DNA of 64,000 bases from an uncultured Actinomycetes bacterium (GTDB lineage Bacteria; Actinomycetota; Thermoleophilia; Solirubrobacterales; 70-9), in assembly GCA_963740145.1 (NCBI GenBank), contig CAVUDI010000002.1:36579-100578 (forward strand). Direction: 5' to 3'. Position numbers and translations under genes: made by a program. The notes below the pieces were generated by a model. That model saw only the letters and a program-made list of their open reading frames with translations. It had not been told where the DNA came from and did not search any database. Of this stretch, positions 54,969 to 62,868 are shown in pieces. Within the stretch, counting starts at the first letter, position 1; each line of letters starts with the position of its first letter.

Positions 54969-57053
54969 TTGCCCACGATGCTGGCCGGCCCCGAAGCCAC
55001 CGCCGAGCCCGGCGAGCGCCAGGACCGCCCGGCGGGGAGCCGGCGGGTGGAGCCGGCGGCGTTGCTCCTGATCGCCGTGCTCGCGATCGTCTGGTCGTGG
55101 TGGGCAGCCAAGGACGGCGCGTTCTTCGGAACGGTGCTGCTCCCGGGGACCATCCTGCTCTGCGGCACCACCGTCCTGCTTGCCTGGACCGCCCCGTGGC
55201 GTGGCAGCCTGCGACGCTCGCAGCCGGCGACCATCGCGCTCGCCTCGCTCGCCGGCCTCGGCGCCTGGGCGGCGCTGTCGGCGCTCTGGAGCCCGACCCC
55301 GGACGTCGCGATCGGCGACGGCCAACGGATCCTCACCTACGCGCTCGCCTTCGGTCTCGGGATCTGGCTCTGCAACCTCTTGGCCGACCGCCCGCAGTTG
55401 GCGCTGGTCCCGCTCGCCGCCGCCGGGGCGTTCGCGGGCATCGTCGCCGTGATCGGAATGCTCACAGGGGACCACGTCGGGCGCTACCTCGACGCCGACG
55501 GAACGTTCGAGTTCCCGCTCGGTTACCGGAACGCGAACGCGGCGTTCTTCGCGATCGCCTTGTGGCCGGCGCTCGGGCTGGCGTCGCACCGAGCCAGTGC
55601 GTGGCCGCTACGTGCCGCCGCCCTCGCGACCGCGACCCTTTGCCTCGAGCTGGCGATGCTGAGCCAGAGCCGAACGTCCCTGGTCGGTGGCGCGGCGGCG
55701 CTGTGCGTCTACCTGCTCTTCTCGGAGGATCGGGCCCGCAGGCTGGGGTGGCTGGCGCTCGCGGTCCTCCCAGCGCTGCCGATCCTTCCGCCCCTGATCG
55801 ACCTCTACCGTGCCGCCACCGCGGATGCCCCGCTGCGCTCGGCGCTCGACGAGATGCGCGGGACGGGCCGGACGGTGGCGCTCACCTGCGTCGGCTCGCT
55901 GGCGATCGGGGCCGGGGTCGCCCTGCTGGGCAGAGGCGTCCCCGCCTCGCCGCGGCGCGCCGAGATCGCCAACCGTTCCGCCCTCGCCGGGCTGGTGGCG
56001 GTGCTGCTCGCGGGCTCGATCGCCGTCGTCGCGGCGGTCGGCAACCCCGTCGACTGGATCGACAGGCGCGTCTCCCAGCTGGGCAGCAGCCGGGAGCCCG
56101 AGCTGGCGGACCAGTCGAACCGCTTCTCCGGTTTCAGCGCCGCTACCCAGCGCCCCGAGATCTGGCGGGTGGCGCTCCTCGACGCCCGTGAGCATCCCCT
56201 GCTGGGCGAGGGAGGCGGCGGCTTTCTGTACAGCTATCTGCGCGAACGGCGGCGTCACAGCCCCAGGTCGGTCCGCGATGCGCACAGCGTCGAGCTCGAG
56301 AACCTGTCCGAGTTCGGCGTCCCTGGGCTGCTGCTGTTCACCGGTGCGATCGGGGCGGCCGGCCTCGGGGCGATGCGAACGCGTCGGCTGGGGCCCGAAC
56401 CGGCCTTGTTATCGATCGTCGCCCTGACGGCCGGCGCCTACTGGCTCACGCACGCCTCGTTCGACTGGTTCTGGCCCTACCCCGCCGTCACCGCGCCCGT
56501 CCTCGCCCTGCTCGGCTCGGCCTGCGCACCGGGCCTCCGGAGCGCCGGCGAGGCGCCCCGGGGTCATGGCCGGCGATGGCTGACCGCCGGGGTCGTGGTG
56601 CTCGCGATCTCGGCGGTCCCCCCCTTCCTCAGCCACCGGTACGTCAACGACGCCTACGACGAATGGCGATCCGACCCCTCGCGCGCCTACGACGATCTCG
56701 ATCGGGCTCGGTCGCTGAACCCGCTGAGCGCCGATCCGGTGCTGGCGGAGGGTGCCATCGCCCGGGCCAACGGGGATCGCGCCCGCGCGATCGACGCCTT
56801 CCGCCGGGCAACAGAGGAGCGCCCGGAGGAATGGGCGTCGTACTACAACCTGGCGGAGCTCTACGCCCGGAGCTCGCCTCGAATCGCCCGCCGGCAACTG
56901 GCGATCGCGAAGCGGCAGAACCCTTACGACCCCGAGGTCCTGGCGCTGGAGGAGGAGTTCGCAACCGAGCGACGGGGCGGCCGGCGAGTGAGTCTCGCCA
57001 ACGCGCGCCACGGCATCGCGTTTCAAGGTCAAGTAGGACGACGGCCCCAGTAA
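54969..57053 (+). CDS. O-antigen ligase/polymerase-like (Wzy_C) multi-pass membrane protein with C-terminal TPR-like repeats
   Basis: More than 10 hydrophobic helices: ..LELAMLSQSRTSLVGGAAALCVYLL..., HSVELENLSEFGVPGLLLF. C-terminus: YDDLDRARSLNPLSADPVLAEGAIARANGDRARAIDAFRRATEERPEEW. TTG 54969 or ATG 54978 could be the start. Confidence 0.8.
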   Translation: MPTMLAGPEATAEPGERQDRPAGSRRVEPAALLLIAVLAIVWSWWAAKDGAFFGTVLLPGTILLCGTTVLLAWTAPWRGSLRRSQPATIALASLAGLGAWAALSALWSPTPDVAIGDGQRILTYALAFGLGIWLCNLLADRPQLALVPLAAAGAFAGIVAVIGMLTGDHVGRYLDADGTFEFPLGYRNANAAFFAIALWPALGLASHRASAWPLRAAALATATLCLELAMLSQSRTSLVGGAAALCVYLLFSEDRARRLGWLALAVLPALPILPPLIDLYRAATADAPLRSALDEMRGTGRTVALTCVGSLAIGAGVALLGRGVPASPRRAEIANRSALAGLVAVLLAGSIAVVAAVGNPVDWIDRRVSQLGSSREPELADQSNRFSGFSAATQRPEIWRVALLDAREHPLLGEGGGGFLYSYLRERRRHSPRSVRDAHSVELENLSEFGVPGLLLFTGAIGAAGLGAMRTRRLGPEPALLSIVALTAGAYWLTHASFDWFWPYPAVTAPVLALLGSACAPGLRSAGEAPRGHGRRWLTAGVVVLAISAVPPFLSHRYVNDAYDEWRSDPSRAYDDLDRARSLNPLSADPVLAEGAIARANGDRARAIDAFRRATEERPEEWASYYNLAELYARSSPRIARRQLAIAKRQNPYDPEVLALEEEFATERRGGRRVSLANARHGIAFQGQVGRRPQ

Positions 57054-57180
57054 CTGTGGTCACTCACGTTCCGCCGTGTCGGAACCAGATCGATAGACGG
57101 TTCGTCGAGGCAGGCGCGGCTCCCCCTACAGATTGCCTTGGTCGGGCCCCGCTCCGCTGGGGCTGGTGGATCGGTGTTGC

Positions 57181-57840
57181 TCAGGCCGGGTTGATCATCC
57201 CGTGCTGGAGCGCCATGGCCACGGCCTGGGCCCTCGTCCGCGCCCCGAGCTTGGCCTTGGCGTTTCGGACGTGGGTCTGTACGGTCGCCGGGGAGAGCTC
57301 GAGCATCTGCGCGATCTGCTCGTCGGTGGCCCCCGCTGCCAGCAGCCCGAGCACCTCCCGCTCGCGCGGCGTGGGACCGCCCCGGCCGAACCGGACACCG
57401 CTGTTGGCCCTTGGGAAGCGTGCCTGTGCGTCGGGCTGGGCCGCTTGGGGGGTCTCGACCTCGCCGTGGTGCGACCCGGTCCCCGAGAGGATCAGCAGAT
57501 GGCGGCCCGGCAGGACGTTCGCCACGACACTCAGGTTGACCTCGTGGACCTCGGCGGCCTGGGAGCTGAGCTCGAAAGGCCCGGCGTGCCCGCCCCCCTC
57601 GCGGAAGGCGCGCCAGACGTGGTCGAGGCGCCCACGCATTCCCGAGGCGAGGAAGTCGTCCACCGTCCTGCCGAGCGCGGCCCTCCTGGGAAGGCCGAGC
57701 AGCCGGCAGGCGGCCAGATTCGCCTCCAGACACCGTCGCTGGTCGTCGACGACCAGGATCGCGAGCTGGGCCGGAATGGTGGTCGTGCCCACGGCGCCGG
57801 TCAGCTCTGGGCTGGAGCTACTCACTGACCTCACCAACAA
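57181..57840 (-). CDS. PAS-like sensor + LuxR-type HTH transcriptional regulator
   Basis: ..ILVVDDQRRCLEANLAACRLLGLPRRAALGRTVDDF.., then ..PTPREREVLGLLAAGATDEQIAQMLELSPATVQTHVRNAKAKLGARTRAQAV. The start may lie downstream of 57840, because the ORF overlaps the sugar-transferase stop. Confidence 0.8.
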   Translation of the reverse strand: MLVRSVSSSSPELTGAVGTTTIPAQLAILVVDDQRRCLEANLAACRLLGLPRRAALGRTVDDFLASGMRGRLDHVWRAFREGGGHAGPFELSSQAAEVHEVNLSVVANVLPGRHLLILSGTGSHHGEVETPQAAQPDAQARFPRANSGVRFGRGGPTPREREVLGLLAAGATDEQIAQMLELSPATVQTHVRNAKAKLGARTRAQAVAMALQHGMINPA

Positions 57841-59279
57841 GGAACCGCTGGCGCGGGGCGCGCAGCGCCCGATGGGCGTCGCGTCCCGCCTGGAACAGCG
57901 TCTCGACGATGATCAGCGAGTCGGCCAGGATCGAGCGTCGCTTGATGTAGAAGAGGTCGTGGCACAGCTTCCATGCGGTGCCCAGCTCCGAGCCGGCGTA
58001 GCCGCAGCGAAGCTGCGCCCAGCCGGTGATCCCCGGCTTCACGAGGTGCCGGCGGATGTAGTGCGGGAACCGGTTCTCCAGCTCGGCGCAGATCTCCGGA
58101 CGCTCGGGCCGCGGGCCCACCAGGGTCATCTCGCCTCGCACGACGTTCCACAGCTGCGGCAGCTCGTCGACGTGGGTCCGGCGCAGGAACCTTCCGAGGC
58201 GGGTCACCCGCCCGTCCCCGGGCTCGGACCACTGCGGGCCGCCAGTCTCCGCGTCGGGCACCATCGTCCGCAGCTTCACGATCTCGAACTCCTTGCCACG
58301 CTCGCCGACGCGCCGCTGCCGATAGAACACCGGCCCTCCGTCGGCCAGCTTGATCGCCACCCCCGCGATGCCGACCAGCGGCAGGACGACGACGGCCATC
58401 CAGGCCGCGTTGAGAAGGTCGAAGCACCGCTTCCAGAGCGGCGACGTCGGCCGGAAGCGCGGATGCATGATGTAGCGGAACCACGCCGCGTCCGTGGTCC
58501 CGAGCGGCACGTGACCCAGCAGGTCCTCGTAGAGCTGATTGGCCTCGAGCATCCGCACCGGCAGGTCGAGACAGGAATCCGCGATCAGCGCGTACGGGTC
58601 CCGCTCCCGATCGGTGGCCTGATCGGCGTCGACCGGCTCCGCGCGTCCGCAGACGAGCAGCTCGATCTGCCGCTCCAGGACAGCCGCGCGAACATCGTCG
58701 AGGTCGCCGAGATAATCGAGGCGGCCGGTGAGCACGCCGGGTGTGTCCGGTCCGGGAGCCTCGCGCCCGAACCAGCCGATCACCTCGTACGCGCGGATAC
58801 CGGCCGCCTCGAGCTCATCCGCAAGATCGGAGGCGAAGCCCGGCGACCCGATCACCGCGACCAGCGCGCGCCGGTCGTCGTCGAATCGAGTCGTCACCCA
58901 GGCCCCGAGGGCCATGACCAGCCAGGCGCCGGCCACCGGTGCCTGAAGCTCGGCCAAGGCCAGCGACTGACCCGCCGCCAGGGCTAGCGCCGCGGCGAGC
59001 GGCGGCGCCAAGCACCGGCCCGCAGACCGCCAGCACCAGCCGCGCCGCGGGCATCAACCCGAGCGGCAGCGTGGAGCGCTCGACGAGCTGAAACGCGCCG
59101 AGCATCGCGGCCGCGACCAGGACCCCGGAGCCGGCCTCGCCTGTGTGCACGTAGGCGATCAGTCCCGCCGCCACGGCCGGGTTCGCCTTCAACGCGATCA
59201 GGCTGACCAGCCGCTGGGCCTCAAGGGCCCGCAGCGCGACGGGCACGATAACCCGAGTGTTGCTGGCTGAATCCAGCAT
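57818..59279 (-). CDS. polyprenyl-phosphate glycosyl-1-phosphate (priming) sugar transferase; one frame break at about 59005
   Basis: The N-terminal helices are in the 59279 frame (MLDSASNTRVIVPVALRALEAQRLVSLIAL...). Then ..GGPVFYRQRRVGERGKEFEIVKLRTM...VDELPQLWNVVRGEMTLVGPRPERPE...GITGWAQL. Confidence 0.85.
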
Positions 59280-59341
59280 CTCTCGCCCCTCCGCTCTCTC
59301 TCCGCGGCTCGCTCTTGCCCCCTGCTCCTACCCCTCCCGGT

Positions 59342-59686
59342 CTAGGAGGACGACCGCCTGGCCGGATCGGACAGCCGTCGCAGTGTCAGGCCGGAGCCCA
59401 GCAGGGCGACCGACGCGAGCGCGAGGATTCCGACATCGAAGCCAGTGAACGGAAGGCCGCTGATGACGGCGTTGTTGCTGTCGCCGTTCGAGGGGCCGGA
59501 TGGCTCCGAGGGCCCACCGTCGCCACCGCCGGCGGCGATCTGGTGATTGGTCGTGTCGTACTCGGATTGGGTGGGTGAGCCAGCCAACGAAGCGGACGGA
59601 ACCGCGAGCGCAACGATGGCGAGCACCAATGCAGTCCACAATCCCCACCTAGGCCGTGGACGCTGGCCTACGAATCGATTCAACAT
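59342..59686 (-). CDS. small LPXTG-type (LPFTG) sortase-anchored surface protein
   Basis: Signal/TM sequence WTALVLAIVALAVPSASLAGS, a short Gly/Ser/Asp/Asn-rich passenger, then GLPFTGFDVGILALASVALLGSGLTLRRL. Confidence 0.7.
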   Translation of the reverse strand: MLNRFVGQRPRPRWGLWTALVLAIVALAVPSASLAGSPTQSEYDTTNHQIAAGGGDGGPSEPSGPSNGDSNNAVISGLPFTGFDVGILALASVALLGSGLTLRRLSDPARRSSS

Positions 59687-59873
59687 ACTGTTTCTCCTGC
59701 GCCGTCAAACGGCCGACGCTGTTACCCCCCCCGCATAAGTACGACGGGGGACGGGGGGCAACCCTGCCTGGGATCCACCCCACCTGGATTTTCGGGACCT
59801 GATCAGGATTCCCTAGAAAGGTGGTCATAGTCAACGGATGGGGCATCAATTACCTAGAATTGGCTCCCCCGTT

Positions 59874-59886
59874 ACCGCAATGCGGT
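59874..59886. promoter_or_regulatory. 13-bp palindrome ACCGCA-A-TGCGGT about 70 nt upstream of the LuxR-GAF gene
   Basis: Read directly. It lies in the only markedly AT-richer intergenic tract of this part of the window (59687-59956). Confidence 0.3.
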
Positions 59887-59956
59887 TAGTGGTAGCCTCC
59901 GCAAAAGCTAAGCTTTCGCCGTTGAGCAGGACGGCGGGCCGCGAGACGGAGGACAG

Positions 59957-60790
59957 TTGACCGAAGACAGGAACCGATCCGCTCGCGGTGACGGTCAGGG
60001 GGCGCGTCTCTCCGTGCGTGAGCGGGAGATCCTCGGGCTGATCGCCGGCGGGGACAGCGGGGCACAGATAGCCGAGGCGCTGGTGTTGTCGCCGGAGACC
60101 GTGCGGACCCACATCCGCAACGCGATGTCCAAGCTCGGTGCCTCGAGCCGGGCTCAGGCCGTTGCGCTGGCTTTCCAGCGCAACGAGATCGGTGATCAGG
60201 CAGACGTGCCTGCCGACGCCCCCACCCCACCCACGGAGCCCGGGTCGGAGCCGACGGCGACGATGCGCGCCGGCCGGGCGCGCGTCCGGGAGGAGCTGGC
60301 GGCCGGGAAGTCCGACGCTACGCTCACGGCCCTGCTCGCGGGACTGGTCTCCCTCTACGACGTCGACGGGGGCACGGTCTTCCTCGCTGAGGAGGACGGC
60401 CTCTCCCTACGTCGTGCCGCGATCCAGGGCGACGGCGACGAGAATGGCGACCACCATCATCCCGAGCGAGCCTCGCTCGGGGTGGGAACGCTGGGCCGGG
60501 CGGCGCTGGAACGCCGCGCGCAACTGGTGCACGGTTCAGGCTCCCGTGGCGACGCACGCGGGCGGTCGACGATCTACGCACCCATGATCTCTTCGGGACG
60601 GCTGGTGGGCGTGATCTGCCTGACGACGCGGCCGAGCAGGCTCACCGGGCGCAGGGAGCTGCTGCTGCTGCAGGCGTTCGCGAACCGGGTCGGCGAGATC
60701 CTGGCCTCCGCGGGCGGGGATCGCCCGGCCAGGTTGAAGGAGACGCTGGAGAGCTTTCGCTCCTCCTGGTCCGCCACCGGCGCCCTTTAG
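59957..60790 (+). CDS. LuxR-type HTH (N-terminal) + GAF-like (C-terminal) regulator
   Basis: TTG start per the track. ..LSVREREILGLIAGGDSGAQIAEALVLSPETVRTHIRNAMSKLGASSRAQAV.., a Pro/Thr linker, then ..LLAGLVSLYDVDGGTVFLAEEDGLSLRRAA...APMISSGRLVGVICLTT...LLLLQAFANRVGEIL. Confidence 0.75.
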   Translation: MTEDRNRSARGDGQGARLSVREREILGLIAGGDSGAQIAEALVLSPETVRTHIRNAMSKLGASSRAQAVALAFQRNEIGDQADVPADAPTPPTEPGSEPTATMRAGRARVREELAAGKSDATLTALLAGLVSLYDVDGGTVFLAEEDGLSLRRAAIQGDGDENGDHHHPERASLGVGTLGRAALERRAQLVHGSGSRGDARGRSTIYAPMISSGRLVGVICLTTRPSRLTGRRELLLLQAFANRVGEILASAGGDRPARLKETLESFRSSWSATGAL

Positions 60791-61149
60791 GCCGGTTCAG
60801 CCAGGTGCTCCAGCGCATCGTCCACGGTCGCGTCGATCGGCGCCGCCCGGTCGATGTCGCACAGCTCGAGGACACGGCGCATGGGGGCATCCACCGGCAC
60901 CACGAGTCGCAGCCGCTGGCGGTGCGTCCGTAGTCTTCGCGCCAGGTCGAAGAGCAGCTCGATTCCGGCGCTGTCCAGGTAGGTGACCCGCGACAGGTCG
61001 ATCACCAGCCCGGCCCTGTCGCTCGTCAACTGCCCCGCGAGTGCCCTGCTCATCTCCTCGGCGTTGACGCTCTCGATCTCGCCCACCACGCGCCCCACGA
61101 CCACGTTGCCGGCCGTCTCGAAGCTCAACTCTGCCAGGTGGTCCCTCAT
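60787..61149 (-). CDS. STAS-domain anti-sigma-factor antagonist
   Basis: Start taken at MRDHLAELSFETAGNVVVGRVVGEIESVNAEEM...VIDLSRVTYLDSAGIELLFDL. The ATG overlaps the upstream gene's stop (ATGA). Confidence 0.85.
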   Translation of the reverse strand: MRDHLAELSFETAGNVVVGRVVGEIESVNAEEMSRALAGQLTSDRAGLVIDLSRVTYLDSAGIELLFDLARRLRTHRQRLRLVVPVDAPMRRVLELCDIDRAAPIDATVDDALEHLAEPA

Positions 61150-62453
61150 CCCGCACCGTCCCCACGCAACCGCCGCCGCAGCGTCACGGTCGTGCCCTGC
61201 TCCGAGGGCTCGATCTCCACGTCGTCCATCAGCTCCCGCATCACGGCGAGCCCGCGCCCCCGGCCCTCGTCGCCGGACGCTCGCCACCGGCCGGTGTCCC
61301 GAACCGTGATCTCCACCAGCGGGCCCTCTCGCCCGGCCTGGAGCTCGAACGTCGAATCGGAGAGGGCCGGATGGGCATGGGCGACCGTGTTCGCGCAGGC
61401 CTCGCCGCAGGCGACCAGGACCTCGTAGATCTCGTCCTCCCCGGCCCCCGCGAGGCGCAGCCACTGCGCCACGGCGCGCCGCATCGAGGCAAGCGAGGCC
61501 GGCCGGGCCGGAAATGCCAAGGCGAGCGTCTTGCCGGGGGGCGTGAGCTGAATTGCAAGCAGGGCGAGATCATCGCTGAAGCCCGCCCGTACGTCGAGCG
61601 AGTCCAGCACGGCGTGGCAGAGCGGGTCGGGCTCGCGAGGCCCGCCCTCCATGGAGCTCCGCAACCCCTCCAACCCCTGGCCGAGCGGCAACTCGGGGCC
61701 CTCCACGAGACCGTCGGTGTAGAGCAGCACGGTCGACCAGGGGTCGAGCGTCGTCATGCTCTCCTCGTACGCGGAGTAGCGAGCCACCCCGAGAGGGCTG
61801 CCAGCCGGCGCCTCCACGAACGTCGACCCGCCGCCCGGATCGAGCACCAGCGGCGGCGGATGGCCCGCGCTGGCCACCTGCACCGTGTGCCCGTCCGGGT
61901 CAACGATCGCGTACAGCAGCGTGAGCATGCCGCCCTGCTCTCCCTCGAGCACAAAGCCGTTCATCCGTTCGAGCACCAGGGCCGGTCGAAGGGCCTCGAG
62001 CGCGTAGGCGCGCAAGGCACTTTGCAGGTGCGCCATCCGCGCCGCCGCCTTGACCCCCCGACCAACCACGTCGCCGATCGCGATCCCGACCTTCCCGCCT
62101 CGCAGCGGGATCGCGTCGTACCAGTCGCCGCCGATCCTCGTCTCCGCGCTCCCGGGCCGATAGCGGGCCGCCAGCTGGAGACCAGGCACCACCGGCAGCC
62201 GGGGCAGGAGGCTTCGCTGAAGGGTCTCGGCGACTCGCCGCTCGATCTCCACGCCTTCCGCGGCCTGCTTCAGCGCATTCAGAGTCGCGCCGAGGATCGG
62301 GTCTCCCTCGCCGGGCTCCCCTCCGCGTCGGGCCCACTCGTCGTCCGCGGCCGACGACTCCGGGTTCGCCGGTACCCCCGCGGCGGCGTCTTCTCGCTCC
62401 GGATCCACCACCTGGCTTGCGAGTCTAACCCCGCGGATTACCGAACCGGCCAC
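61146..62453 (-). CDS. PP2C/SpoIIE-type phosphatase fused to an RsbW-like anti-sigma kinase (HATPase_c) domain
   Basis: ..IERRVAETLQRSLLPRLP..GLQLAARYRPGS..IGGDWYD..IAIGDVVGRG..MLTLLYAIVDP..ASAGHPPPL..LLYTDGLVE, then ..EVLVACGEACANTVAHAH...ITVRDTGRW...GRGLAVMRELMDDVEI. Confidence 0.85.
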   Translation of the reverse strand: MAGSVIRGVRLASQVVDPEREDAAAGVPANPESSAADDEWARRGGEPGEGDPILGATLNALKQAAEGVEIERRVAETLQRSLLPRLPVVPGLQLAARYRPGSAETRIGGDWYDAIPLRGGKVGIAIGDVVGRGVKAAARMAHLQSALRAYALEALRPALVLERMNGFVLEGEQGGMLTLLYAIVDPDGHTVQVASAGHPPPLVLDPGGGSTFVEAPAGSPLGVARYSAYEESMTTLDPWSTVLLYTDGLVEGPELPLGQGLEGLRSSMEGGPREPDPLCHAVLDSLDVRAGFSDDLALLAIQLTPPGKTLALAFPARPASLASMRRAVAQWLRLAGAGEDEIYEVLVACGEACANTVAHAHPALSDSTFELQAGREGPLVEITVRDTGRWRASGDEGRGRGLAVMRELMDDVEIEPSEQGTTVTLRRRLRGDGAG

Positions 62454-62640
62454 GCGTGCCCAGCGGGGTCCAATCGGCGCATACAGGGGGGTGTTCGGCC
62501 ATCATGAAAGCCCGTTCTGCAACGAAAACGGCGGCAGGAACTTGCAAAAAGTTGCGGAAAGTGCGAAAAAGTTAGTCGAGAACCGCACCAAACGGGCCCT
62601 TTATGCGATTTAGCAAGTGAATGTCGGGAGCTAGACACTG

Positions 62641-62859
62641 ATGGGAGGACAAATGCGACTACTGAACGTTGGCCAGGCGGCCGCCTATCTGGGCGTCAGC
62701 GCCGCCTCGCTGCGCAGCTGGTCGAACCAGGGGCTGGTTCCTGTTTACCGGACGCCTGGCGGCCAGCGCCGATTCTCGACCACGGACCTCGACCGGTTCA
62801 TCCGCTCGATGCGTGAGCCGTCGGCGAACGGCGAGTCCGTCGCCGCGATCCGCAGCTAG
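62641..62859 (+). CDS. MerR/excisionase-type helix-turn-helix protein
   Basis: ..LLNVGQAAAYLGVSAASLRSWSNQGLVPVYRTPGGQRRFSTTDLDRFI. An alternative ATG is at 62653. Confidence 0.75.
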   Translation: MGGQMRLLNVGQAAAYLGVSAASLRSWSNQGLVPVYRTPGGQRRFSTTDLDRFIRSMREPSANGESVAAIRS

Positions 62860-62868
62860 ATAACCGGT

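Noticed and set aside
62504-62575. 23-codon highly basic mini-ORF (MKARSATKTAAGTCKKLRKVRKS) in the AT-rich gap
   Set aside because: It uses A/T-ending codons (AAA, AAG, AGT) quite unlike the genome's G/C-rich third positions. It has no SD and coincides with the phased A-tracts. Promoter DNA is the more economical reading.
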